Shown here one piece after another: positions 25,141-33,559 of a stretch of DNA of 38,760 nucleotides. Where the stretch lies: positions 1-38,760 of the forward strand of contig PLKR01000289.1 in NCBI GenBank assembly GCA_003140655.1. The letters run 5' to 3'. A program made the position numbers and the translations under genes. Origin of the DNA: Acidobacteriaceae bacterium. Its GTDB lineage: Bacteria > Acidobacteriota > Terriglobia > Terriglobales > Acidobacteriaceae. How positions within the stretch are numbered: the stretch's first letter is position 1; each line of letters starts with the position of its first letter. The notes beneath the pieces were generated by a model. That model ran no database searches. It saw only the letters and a program-made list of their open reading frames with translations, and was not told where the DNA came from.

Positions 25141-26401
25141 GAAACTCCTCGGACGCGAAATCTTGGATAGCCGCGGCAAGCCCACGGTTTTGGCTACTTG
25201 TGTGCTCGAGGGCGGACTGCGTGCCTCCGCATCCGTCCCGTCGGGAGCTTCGACTGGAACTGCAGAGGCTTGTGAGCTGAGGGATGGCGATCCCAGGCGG
25301 TATCGCGGCTCAGGTTGCAAGCGAGCAGCCGCCAACATCAGCGAAGGGTTGCACCGTGAGTTGGCAGGGCATATGTTCACGAGCCAGGCTGAATTGGACA
25401 ACGCAATGATTGCGCTCGATGGCACGCCGACAAAGTCTCGTTTAGGAGCGAACGCCATTCTGGCGGTGTCAGTAGCCTTCGCGCGAGCCTGTGCTCTCGA
25501 TCGCAGGATCCCTCTATATCGGCACTTCGCAGAGATGCTTGGGTCACCGATCGACGCACTCCCTCGTCTGACCATCAACCTACTCAGCGGTGGCAAGCAT
25601 GCCGGACAGCAGATATCCATTCAGGATGTTCTGATCATTCCCATGTCCGCGCAAACAGTGGATGAAGCTCTAGTTGCGGCCTCAGACATCTATAGCGCGG
25701 CGGCCGACCTGATATTCCAGAGATACGGCATGCGTCTGCTCACGGCTGATGAAGGCGGACTGGCTCCTCCTTTCAGGATGGTGGACGAAATGTTTACCCT
25801 CGCGGTGGAAGCGATCGAACTGGCTGGGTTCGTTCCCGGTAAGGACATATTCTTGGGGGTAGACGTCGCGTCTACTCATTTCTATAAGAGCGATAGATAC
25901 GAGATAGACTCTGAGCTCCTCGATAGTAACGGAATGATCGAGACAATTGAGAATTGGTTGGGGCAGTTCCCAATCATCAGCGTGGAAGATGGCTTGGCGG
26001 AGGATGACTGGGAAAACTGGCCGAATCTTCACGCTGCGATTGCCGGGCGGGCATTGACCCTGGGAGATGACCTGTTATGTACCAACACAGCACGCATCCA
26101 ACGCGCCATCGAGACAAACGCCTGCGATGCACTGCTGCTGAAAGTAAATCAGATAGGCACTCTGACAGAAGCGCTCGCGGCCTATAATCAGGCGCGTTCG
26201 GCTAACTGGTCCGTCACGTTAAGTGTGCGCAGTGGAGAAACCGAGGACAACTGGGTTGCAGATCTGGCTGCCGGTTGGCGAGCCGATCAGTTCAAGAACG
26301 GTTCAATTCGCCAATCTGAGCGACTGGCAAAGTACAACCGGCTGCTGGAGATCGCGGAGGAAACGAATTGGCGTCTCGCTGACTGGCCAAGGCGCACTTG
26401 A
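25127..26401 (+). CDS. Enolase-family protein (divergent phosphopyruvate-hydratase paralogue)
   Basis: It aligns with canonical enolase by eye with few or no gaps across the conserved blocks: GREILDSRGKPTV, PSGASTGTAEACELRDGD, GANAILAVS, ADEGG, VDVAS, SVEDGL..DDW, LGDDL, LLKVNQIG, RSGETED and FKNGS..SERLAKYN. It differs at IQD (canonical IQE) and SVRSGETED (canonical SHRSGETED). ATG 25127 overlaps the kinase gene by 14 nt. Confidence 0.8.
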   Translation: MPKIEKLLGREILDSRGKPTVLATCVLEGGLRASASVPSGASTGTAEACELRDGDPRRYRGSGCKRAAANISEGLHRELAGHMFTSQAELDNAMIALDGTPTKSRLGANAILAVSVAFARACALDRRIPLYRHFAEMLGSPIDALPRLTINLLSGGKHAGQQISIQDVLIIPMSAQTVDEALVAASDIYSAAADLIFQRYGMRLLTADEGGLAPPFRMVDEMFTLAVEAIELAGFVPGKDIFLGVDVASTHFYKSDRYEIDSELLDSNGMIETIENWLGQFPIISVEDGLAEDDWENWPNLHAAIAGRALTLGDDLLCTNTARIQRAIETNACDALLLKVNQIGTLTEALAAYNQARSANWSVTLSVRSGETEDNWVADLAAGWRADQFKNGSIRQSERLAKYNRLLEIAEETNWRLADWPRRT

Positions 26402-26457
26402 AGACCTTGGACACTCCGAGACAGCGTCCCGCAGGACCTCATCGTCACCTACAAGCC

Positions 26458-27453
26458 TCACGAGGCAGAGCGCCACCTTAATTCTGGCCCGCTCAGCACT
26501 TGCGGGTTGACGATATTCTGCGGACGCCTTCCACACAACACATCCGCCATCTGAGTAGCCGCCGTTTTCCGCAATTCGAGGAGTGACTCTTCCGAATTGA
26601 AGGCCGCATGTGGAGTTACCACAGTCCGGGGATGCGCAATGAGCCGGTCGCCAGCGGCAGGGGGTTCTTGCGACAGGACATCCAGACCTGCTCCGGTAAT
26701 AAGCTCTTCGTTAAGCGCGGCGAGGAGGTCCGAGGAGTCGATGATTCCGCCGCGGGAAGTATTGACAATGATTGCGGTCCGTTTCATCTCCTGAAAGGTT
26801 CGATAGTTGAATAAACCAGTCGTCTCGTTGGACAGCGGGACATGGATGGAGATGAAATCGCTTTGCTTGACGATCTCTGAGAAAGAGACGCGTACCACTC
26901 TCGCCTGCGCCACGCTACCATCGTCGATGTGCGGGTCGCAGATGATGATATTCAAGCCAAACGCTCGCGCTTTGGCACAAAGCGCCTTTCCAATTTTTCC
27001 AAAGCCAACTATGCCCAAAGTCTTTCCCTTGATCCTGTATAACGGAGGGCCGGCTTGCAAGTCATAGGAGCCATTCTTAATGTTCCGATCATAGAAGGCC
27101 GTCTTCCGTGCGCACGATAGGATTAGAGCCATGGCGTGATCGGAGACCTCATCCACGCAGTAAGCAGGGACATTCGTGACGATAATCCCCGCTTCTGTGG
27201 CGGACGATACATCGATGTTGTCCAAGCCGATGCCAAAACGCCCGATTGACAGACACTGCCTCGCCTTGCGTATTATGTTTCCGCCCACTGGCTTCCAACA
27301 GGTCAAGATTCCATGTAGTCCTGGAGCCAGCTGCATCAGCTCGGTTTCAGAAGCTGTGTTTGCGACGACGACAATTGCCGCCGCATGACCCAGCACTTCT
27401 TTTTCAATACTCAAGTCCTTCCAAGCGAAATCCGTTACCAAGACCTGTCGCAC
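26458..27453 (-). CDS. D-isomer-specific 2-hydroxyacid dehydrogenase (glycerate / hydroxypyruvate- or phosphoglycerate-DH-like)
   Basis: GTG start 4 nt after GAGGAGG. Motifs: GIVGFGKIGKALCAKA, NTSRGGIIDSSDL and TPHAAFNSEES. Confidence 0.85.
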   Translation of the reverse strand: MRQVLVTDFAWKDLSIEKEVLGHAAAIVVVANTASETELMQLAPGLHGILTCWKPVGGNIIRKARQCLSIGRFGIGLDNIDVSSATEAGIIVTNVPAYCVDEVSDHAMALILSCARKTAFYDRNIKNGSYDLQAGPPLYRIKGKTLGIVGFGKIGKALCAKARAFGLNIIICDPHIDDGSVAQARVVRVSFSEIVKQSDFISIHVPLSNETTGLFNYRTFQEMKRTAIIVNTSRGGIIDSSDLLAALNEELITGAGLDVLSQEPPAAGDRLIAHPRTVVTPHAAFNSEESLLELRKTAATQMADVLCGRRPQNIVNPQVLSGPELRWRSAS

Positions 27454-27568
27454 GCGGCCTCCTCAGTCAGATAGAGTGGGCCGCCGCGCCTGGTAAATGC
27501 GAGCCATGCGAGTTCTTCGCGGCTGGCTCGACCCACACTCATAAGAAGCAGATCCATTCGCATTTAGA

Positions 27569-28453
27569 TTAAAGTTGAGCGTTCTCAGTCCCGCCCGCTC
27601 GCTGCCATGCAACCACGGCCTGCCGTGATGTACCAAGCTGGTCGACTCCCAGTTCAACCACGTCACCGGCCTTCAAATACTGCTGCGGCTTCATGCCGAA
27701 CCCCACCCCAGCTGGCGTTCCGGTGCTAATGATGTCGCCAGGCAGCAACGTCATGAATTGGCTAACATAGGTGACGAGCGTGGGTACATCAAAAATCATC
27801 TCGCTCGTGGAACTACGTTGCCGGAAGACGCCATTAACTTTCAGCCAAATCCCCAAACAGGTCGTGTCTGGAATCTCGTCACGTGTCGCCAGAAACGGCC
27901 CCAGAGGCGCAAACGTATCTGCACTCTTTCCTTTGACCCACTGCCCGCCACGTTCAAACTGAAACGCCCGGTCAGAATAATCGTTGTGCAGAACGTAACC
28001 CGCCACATATTCGAGTGCTTTTCCTTCCTCGACGTAACCGCACTTCTTGCCGATCACGATAGCCAACTCGACCTCCCAATCCACTTTTTGTCCATTCTTC
28101 GGAATCACAAGATCGTCGTTCGGACCAACGAGCGAAGTAGTAGCCTTGAAGAATATGACAGGCTCTTTTGGAATCTCCATTTTGCTTTCTTTGGCGTGAT
28201 CGCGAAAGTTCAGCCCAATGCAGACGATCTTGCTGGGGCGGGAGATCGCGGGTCCTAACCGAACCGATTCCGCAACCCGCGGAGCGGATGTGGCGTTCTC
28301 GTTCAACCAATGTTTCAATCGGGAGGGTCCGTCGTTTGCGAAAAACGCCTCGTCGTAATCCTGCACGAAGCTGGAAACATCCACCCGAGTGGCGTCCTGC
28401 AAGATAACTCCTGGGATTTCTCCGCCTGGTTCGCCAAGTCGGATCAGCTTCAT
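27569..28453 (-). CDS. Fumarylacetoacetate-hydrolase (FAH)-family hydrolase / hydratase; candidate 2,4-diketo-3-deoxy-6-deoxyhexonate hydrolase
   Basis: 294 aa. It has the N-terminal MKLIR...G.. extension domain, followed by IVCIGLNFRDHAKE, PVIFFK, DWEVELAIVIGK, NDYS.R, KG.D.F.P.GP and PGD.I.TGTP.GVG. The specific substrate is inferred only from context (rhaT, rhaM, SDR). Confidence 0.8.
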   Translation of the reverse strand: MKLIRLGEPGGEIPGVILQDATRVDVSSFVQDYDEAFFANDGPSRLKHWLNENATSAPRVAESVRLGPAISRPSKIVCIGLNFRDHAKESKMEIPKEPVIFFKATTSLVGPNDDLVIPKNGQKVDWEVELAIVIGKKCGYVEEGKALEYVAGYVLHNDYSDRAFQFERGGQWVKGKSADTFAPLGPFLATRDEIPDTTCLGIWLKVNGVFRQRSSTSEMIFDVPTLVTYVSQFMTLLPGDIISTGTPAGVGFGMKPQQYLKAGDVVELGVDQLGTSRQAVVAWQRAGGTENAQL

Positions 28454-28513
28454 TTTTTGTTTCTCCGGTACTTGATAGGCAAGTTTCAGAAATTCTTGCC
28501 ATGTGCAAAGAAT

Positions 28514-29581
28514 TCATGCCGACGCAACACTGGGGTGTAGGTCCAAGGAAATGCCAAGTGAAATGGCAATTTCCTCAAGTTCGTTTAGAGTATTGTGGTC
28601 AATCGAGATGCCCTCCCGTTCCCGGATGGCTTTTTGTGCAACTTCGGGCTCTCCGGGAATTAGGACCCCTTGGCTGTTCAGCGCAGGGGGTGCTTCCTTT
28701 ATCCTCTTAAAGAGGTAGTCGACGGCCATCGAATACTCCTCGCGCGACCGAAAGAAGCTGGGCTCAATCGTTATGGCAAAAACTCCATTCGTCAGCATTT
28801 TGTAGTCAGGGAATATGGGGGTTTCCGCACCGCTCAAAATCCCTGCTAAGACCTCGATGAGCAGGGAAAGAGCGTAACCTTTGTATTCGCCAAAAGTGGT
28901 GATTGCGCCTCCGTCGTACAAGTCGCCTGGTTTATCAGTTGGTTTCCCGTTCTTGTCGAGCAGCCAGCCGATTGGGACCCTATCGCCTTTTCGATGAGCG
29001 ATTCGAACTTTTCCCTCGGCGACGGTCGAGGTCGCAAAGTCTGCCAAAAGGGGAGGGCAAGACCCTGCTGGAATTGAAAAAGCTAAAGGATTTGTGCCCA
29101 GCATTTTTTGTCGAGATCCAAATGGAGCGACTAATCCTCCAGGCCGTGACCCGTTGACGAACATGATTCCGATCATTCCTTCTTGGGATGCGATTGCAAC
29201 AAATTCACCCAATCTCCCGACATGGTGAACGTTGGTAAAGCACGTAACGCCGATACCGTTCAGGCGCGCCTTGTCCATCGCAAGTTGCATAGCCTTCTTG
29301 GAAACAATCTGGCCAAACCCCTTACAACCATCCAGCAAGGCAATCACATTGTTCTCGCGGGTAATTCTCGGTTGTGCGGAGGGGACGATTGCACCGGTCT
29401 TGAGGGCAGCCAGATATTGCCCGATGCGTACAACTCCATGGGAATCGACTCCCATTAGATTGGAGAGGACCAGAGAATCCATCAATTCGGTCGCTGTGGC
29501 TTTGTCAACGCCGGCAGCGACGAAAATTCTGACCCCCATAGTGAGCAAGTCGTTCTTCTTGAATCTTGGCATGCTGGACAA
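28514..29581 (-). CDS. Ldh_2-family NAD(P)H-dependent oxidoreductase (second paralogue)
   Basis: Motifs: GVDSHGVVRIGQYL, NVHHVGRLGEF, GTNPLAFSIP, FATSTVAEGKV and FGEYKGYAL. The ORF-track start at 29581 is TTG. An alternative ATG lies at 29572. Confidence 0.8.
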   Translation of the reverse strand: MSSMPRFKKNDLLTMGVRIFVAAGVDKATATELMDSLVLSNLMGVDSHGVVRIGQYLAALKTGAIVPSAQPRITRENNVIALLDGCKGFGQIVSKKAMQLAMDKARLNGIGVTCFTNVHHVGRLGEFVAIASQEGMIGIMFVNGSRPGGLVAPFGSRQKMLGTNPLAFSIPAGSCPPLLADFATSTVAEGKVRIAHRKGDRVPIGWLLDKNGKPTDKPGDLYDGGAITTFGEYKGYALSLLIEVLAGILSGAETPIFPDYKMLTNGVFAITIEPSFFRSREEYSMAVDYLFKRIKEAPPALNSQGVLIPGEPEVAQKAIREREGISIDHNTLNELEEIAISLGISLDLHPSVASA

Positions 29582-29595
29582 CCGTCGATATCATT

Positions 29596-29625
29596 ATAAA
29601 TAATATTAGATAATAGATTTGAAAC
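29596..29625. promoter_or_regulatory. AT-rich box in the Ldh_2 / gntR divergent region
   Basis: ATAAATAATATTAGAT (29596..29611) is identical to 14392..14407 and is followed by AATAGATTTGAAAC. It overlaps a minus-strand TATAAT (29598..29593) just upstream of the Ldh_2 start. Confidence 0.45.
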
Positions 29626-29741
29626 GAGACAAATATCTCCGAGGGGAGGCGACAGAAAAGTTGCGCTTCGGACTTGAACCCCGCGTATTGAAATGTTTGA
29701 TTTTATGTGATAAGAACGATTTAGTGGTAAGGTGAATCTCT

Positions 29742-30470
29742 ATGCCGTTCCGGAAGTTGAAGTTCAAAGGAGTATTTGAAGAAACCTACGATGCTCTAAA
29801 GTCGAAGATTCTTGCCGGTGAGCTAGCTCCTGGAACGAGGATTGATGTCTCGTTGGTTTCGGAGGAGCTCGGGGTCAGCCGAACTCCGGTTAACGATGCT
29901 CTCCAGGCATTACGACTTCAGGGCCTCATCGAAATCGTGCCCCGCAAAGGCACATTCGTCTCCCAAGTGACTCCGAAGGATGTGGAAGATGCCTTTCAGT
30001 TGCGGATGGCATTGGAGGGAAAGGCTTGTGAACAGGCTGCTGAAGGAATGGACACTTCCAAAACATCTGCTCTCCACACTCTAAATGACCTGCTCGCGCA
30101 TGACGACCATCCTGTTCTCTCCGAGCACCTCCGAATTAACCAGAAATTCCACGAGCTCATCGTCGGGTACTCGAACAACTCGCTGCTTCTCAAGTCTTAT
30201 CTGGAAGTGCAGGCGCGTATGCAATTCCTGCAGGTATATTTCGGCTTCGAGAACTGGCAGAAACATTCTCCCGAGATTGTGGAGGAACACAACGAGATCA
30301 TAGAAGCTCTAGCCTCGCACGACGCCGGCTCGGCTCAGGGACTCATGAATGGTCATATCCGTTCAGCTATGACGAGACTGATCGCTGTGATCCAAGAGCC
30401 CAAAGAATCAAGGCCTGTTCCCGAAGATCGAAAGTTGGCTCAAGATCACGATGTCCAAGTGCTTCCGTAG
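29742..30470 (+). CDS. GntR-family transcriptional regulator, FadR/FCD subfamily (second copy)
   Basis: 242 aa. The wHTH segment is LVSEELGVSRTPVNDALQALRLQGLIEIVPRKGTFV. The helical FCD-like C-domain contains EEHNEIIEAL. Confidence 0.9.
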   Translation: MPFRKLKFKGVFEETYDALKSKILAGELAPGTRIDVSLVSEELGVSRTPVNDALQALRLQGLIEIVPRKGTFVSQVTPKDVEDAFQLRMALEGKACEQAAEGMDTSKTSALHTLNDLLAHDDHPVLSEHLRINQKFHELIVGYSNNSLLLKSYLEVQARMQFLQVYFGFENWQKHSPEIVEEHNEIIEALASHDAGSAQGLMNGHIRSAMTRLIAVIQEPKESRPVPEDRKLAQDHDVQVLP

Positions 30471-30531
30471 CCCCCCCAAGAGGAAAACTACAATTAGCGG
30501 CCGCAGGACGTCTGCCCAAGAATGCCACGAG

Positions 30532-30600
30532 TTGACAACGCTAAGAAGCGAATGGTAGCATTTTTCGCGTAATATAATACATATTAGATTATGTAATACC
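30532..30600 (+). promoter_or_regulatory. Promoter (TTGACA-N18-TAGCAT) plus palindromic operator TAATAT-N5-ATATTA
   Basis: TTGACA is at 30532..30537 and TAGCAT at 30556..30561. The perfect 6-bp-arm palindrome TAATATAATACATATTA lies at 30570..30586. It sits 37 to 105 nt upstream of the cupin gene. Confidence 0.5.
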
Positions 30601-30636
30601 GCAGGTGGTTGTTGCCGACGGGCAGGATTCAGCCAA

Positions 30637-31083
30637 ATGGGAGGGCTGACACCTCATATGCAGACCAAAACGAAGGTAGTGCACAGAATCGCTGATGTTC
30701 CTTTCCTGGAATCTCCGGATGGCGCAAATCGGGATAGTTTCCTGGTGACGGAATTGACCTGTGGCTCACAGCAATATACGGCCGGCCTGTATTTTGTTCG
30801 TCCAGGGGAGCGGAACCGTGCCGATCGGCATCCTGGACAGGAAGAGGTTTACTACATTTTTGAGGGAAGTGGAACGGTAACGGTCGACGGTGAGGTCCAC
30901 CGGATACAGGCTGGGGATGTCGTTTTTATACCGGACGGTACGACTCACTTTTTGAGCAACGATACTTCTAAAACGTTGGGCTTGTTCTGGGCAATCGCGG
31001 CAAAGTGGAGTGATCTAAAGGAGATTCAAAGCTTTATCAGCACTTGGCATGAAGTCAAAATCGGCAGTCCGTGGCAGTCTTGA
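30637..31083 (+). CDS. Cupin-domain protein (single cupin_2, KdgF-like size)
   Basis: 148 aa. Cupin motifs: HPGQEEVYYIFEGSGTVTVDG and GDVVFIPDGTTHFL. An alternative start lies at ATG 30658. Confidence 0.75.
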   Translation: MGGLTPHMQTKTKVVHRIADVPFLESPDGANRDSFLVTELTCGSQQYTAGLYFVRPGERNRADRHPGQEEVYYIFEGSGTVTVDGEVHRIQAGDVVFIPDGTTHFLSNDTSKTLGLFWAIAAKWSDLKEIQSFISTWHEVKIGSPWQS

Positions 31084-31094
31084 AGGTTGGGCAA

Positions 31095-31877
31095 ATGACC
31101 GTCTCCAATCGCAACCTTTTCGATCTGACGGGCAGCAATGTGCTCCTTACCGGAGGGGGCCAGGGCTTGGGAAAAGCAATGGCTTTGGGCATGGCGGCCC
31201 ACGGGGCAAACGTCGCCATTCTTGAAGTCAACCCGAAAACTGGAGAGGAAGCAGCACACGAGATTGAATCGGTCGGCGTTCGATCGCTGCTGATAGTGGG
31301 AGATGTCACTGACGAGGCTAGTGCGACTTCTGCGGTAAACCGTGTGGTCGATGCTTGGGGACGGCTAGACGTCCTCGTTAATAACGCGGGTTTTGCCATC
31401 TTGAGCCCAGCCGAGGAGATGAGCGTAGTCGATTTCAAACGAGTCTACGAGTTGGATGTCGTTGGCATGTTCATTTGCTCAAAGGCTGCATTCGTGCCGA
31501 TGGCCAAACAGAGGCACGGAGTGATTATCAACATGGCGAGTATGTGCGGGATGACTGTATTGCTATCCAATAAGCATGCGGCCTACAACTCTGCCAAGGC
31601 GTCCGTAATTATGCTCACAAAGTCTTTAGCAGTGGAGTGGGCTCCTCATAACATCCGAGTCAACGCGATTGCTCCTGGCTACGTCAATACGCCTCCCGTT
31701 ATGAAGATGGGAGAAGAGGATCCAAAGCGCTGGGCAGCCATGATGTCTAGAGTTCCCATGGGGCGAGCTGGCGAACCGGATGAACTCCAGGGGGCGGCAA
31801 TTTTCCTGTGCAGCCGGGCGTCCAGTTACGTAACGGGCAGTGTGCTGGTTATCGATGGGGGCCACACATGTATGTGA
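31095..31877 (+). CDS. SDR-family oxidoreductase (KduD / gluconate-5-DH-like; candidate sugar or 2-keto-3-deoxy-acid dehydrogenase)
   Basis: Motifs: TGGGQGLGKAMALGMAAHG, NNAG, YNSAKAS and RVNAIAPGYV. ATG 31095 lies 12 nt after the cupin stop. The ORF-track start 31071 overlaps the cupin gene. Confidence 0.85.
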   Translation: MTVSNRNLFDLTGSNVLLTGGGQGLGKAMALGMAAHGANVAILEVNPKTGEEAAHEIESVGVRSLLIVGDVTDEASATSAVNRVVDAWGRLDVLVNNAGFAILSPAEEMSVVDFKRVYELDVVGMFICSKAAFVPMAKQRHGVIINMASMCGMTVLLSNKHAAYNSAKASVIMLTKSLAVEWAPHNIRVNAIAPGYVNTPPVMKMGEEDPKRWAAMMSRVPMGRAGEPDELQGAAIFLCSRASSYVTGSVLVIDGGHTCM

Positions 31878-31964
31878 GTCATAAAACAGGCAGTTCACCT
31901 AAACAATTTCGAACTCAACCGCTCGACTGCCCGAAAGCCCAAAGACCGAAAAGTGCGTGGCGTT

Positions 31965-33476
31965 TTATGAACCGACGTTGACCCATACGGCCTTCACTTG
32001 CGTGTACTGCTCAAGGGCATCAGCCCCCGAGTCACGACCGTATCCGCTCATCTTGTATCCTCCGAAGGGCACCGCGGGGTCCATGACGTTGAAGCAATTG
32101 ACCCACACGACTCCTGACTGAAGAGCCTTAGCGATCGCGTGCGCTTTCTGAACATTCTGAGTCCAGACTCCACCGGCCAGACCATAGGTCGTATTGTTGC
32201 TAAGTGCTATTACCTCATCGATTTCCTTGAACGGAATTACGCAAATGACTGGTCCGAAGATCTCCTCTTGGGCAATCTTATTGTGAGGTTTGACGTGCTC
32301 GAACACAGTCGGCGGCATGAAGTACCCGTTTCTTAAATCGCCTGTTAATAAGCGTTCACCACCACAGACGAGTTTGGCACCCTGCTCAAGTCCAGATTGA
32401 ATGTATCCGCTAACTCGCCTAAATTGTTCCGAAGAAATAAGAGGTCCCATTTCGCTGGTCGGATTAAGACCGTTGCCAACCTTAATCGACGCCGAAAAGT
32501 CACTGAGCTTCGATAGGAAACGATCGTAGATCTTTTGTTCAACGAAAAGGCGAGATCCTCCGCAACAGATTTGTCCGGAAAGCCGAAACATCGCCCACGC
32601 AGTGCCCGGGATCGCCCGATCGAGATCTGCGTCGGCGAACACAATGTCGGGGGACTTTCCTCCGAGCTCCAGAGACACTCGTTTCAGATTGGAAGCGGAC
32701 GCCCGAACGATACTTTGTCCCGTTTTGTAGGACCCGGTAAACGCAATCTTGTCTACATCGGGATGCTCGGCTAAGGCGGCACCTGCCTCACCGCCAAATC
32801 CGGGGCAGATGTTCACGACGCCGCTGGGAAACCCGGCCTCCAAAACCAGTTCTCCCAGCCGCAGCGCCGTGAGGGGAGTCTGCTCAGCCGGCTTAAGCAC
32901 AACCGTGCATCCCGCCGCAAGAGCCGGGGCCAACTTCCAGATCGCAATCACGAAAGGACTATTCCAAGGAACGATGGCGCCCACAACTCCTACCGGCTCT
33001 CGAAGGGTGTAAGTGAAAAAATCACCAGGGGCAGAATTGTCGATGGTCTCCCCATTAATTTTAGTTGCCCAGCCCGCGTAGTAGCGTACCTGTTCAGCGG
33101 CTCTCGGAATCAACGAAGATCGAGCCAAGGAGATCGGCATTCCGGAGTCTAGGACTTCGAGAAGTGCAAGTTCGTCAACGTTTCTTTCGATCAAGTCGGC
33201 GAGTCTCAGGAGGAGCCTTTGGCGGTCAGACGGTTTCGTCTTGCGCCACACTCCCTGAAAGGCTTTCCTGGCTGCTCCGACGGCTCGATCGATATCTTCT
33301 CGTCCCGCTTCCGCAACCTGCGCAAGGACTTCACCGGTGGCAGGGTTCCAGGTCTCAAAACACTTTCCAGACACCGACCCAACCAATTCTCCATCGATCA
33401 GCATTTTCTTGGGTTGAGATGAAAGAAAGGCGACGCCTGACGGGCGCACAAGATCTTCCACATTAGGATTAGCCAC
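31965..33476 (-). CDS. NAD(P)+-dependent aldehyde dehydrogenase (candidate lactaldehyde dehydrogenase by context)
   Basis: 503 aa with a GTG start. Motifs: WN.P, FTGS...G, ELGGKSP, the catalytic Cys in GQICCGGSR, and EEIFGPV. Confidence 0.9.
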   Translation of the reverse strand: MANPNVEDLVRPSGVAFLSSQPKKMLIDGELVGSVSGKCFETWNPATGEVLAQVAEAGREDIDRAVGAARKAFQGVWRKTKPSDRQRLLLRLADLIERNVDELALLEVLDSGMPISLARSSLIPRAAEQVRYYAGWATKINGETIDNSAPGDFFTYTLREPVGVVGAIVPWNSPFVIAIWKLAPALAAGCTVVLKPAEQTPLTALRLGELVLEAGFPSGVVNICPGFGGEAGAALAEHPDVDKIAFTGSYKTGQSIVRASASNLKRVSLELGGKSPDIVFADADLDRAIPGTAWAMFRLSGQICCGGSRLFVEQKIYDRFLSKLSDFSASIKVGNGLNPTSEMGPLISSEQFRRVSGYIQSGLEQGAKLVCGGERLLTGDLRNGYFMPPTVFEHVKPHNKIAQEEIFGPVICVIPFKEIDEVIALSNNTTYGLAGGVWTQNVQKAHAIAKALQSGVVWVNCFNVMDPAVPFGGYKMSGYGRDSGADALEQYTQVKAVWVNVGS

Positions 33477-33559
33477 GCGTTAACGACCCCCATTCCCGGA
33501 GAAATGTAAAGGAGAAGAAGTCTGTCTCCTACCTCGCCAGCGACGATCGCCGGATTTCT

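Noticed and set aside
33514-33534. A 6-bp inverted repeat AGGAGA-N9-TCTCCT between the amidohydrolase_2 stop and the ALDH start, plus similar short inverted repeats at 27455..27485 and 16818..16831.
   Set aside because: The stems are only 5 to 6 bp and have no flanking U-tracts. They lie within operons and are compatible with chance or with SD-like sequence. They are not distinctive enough to call.
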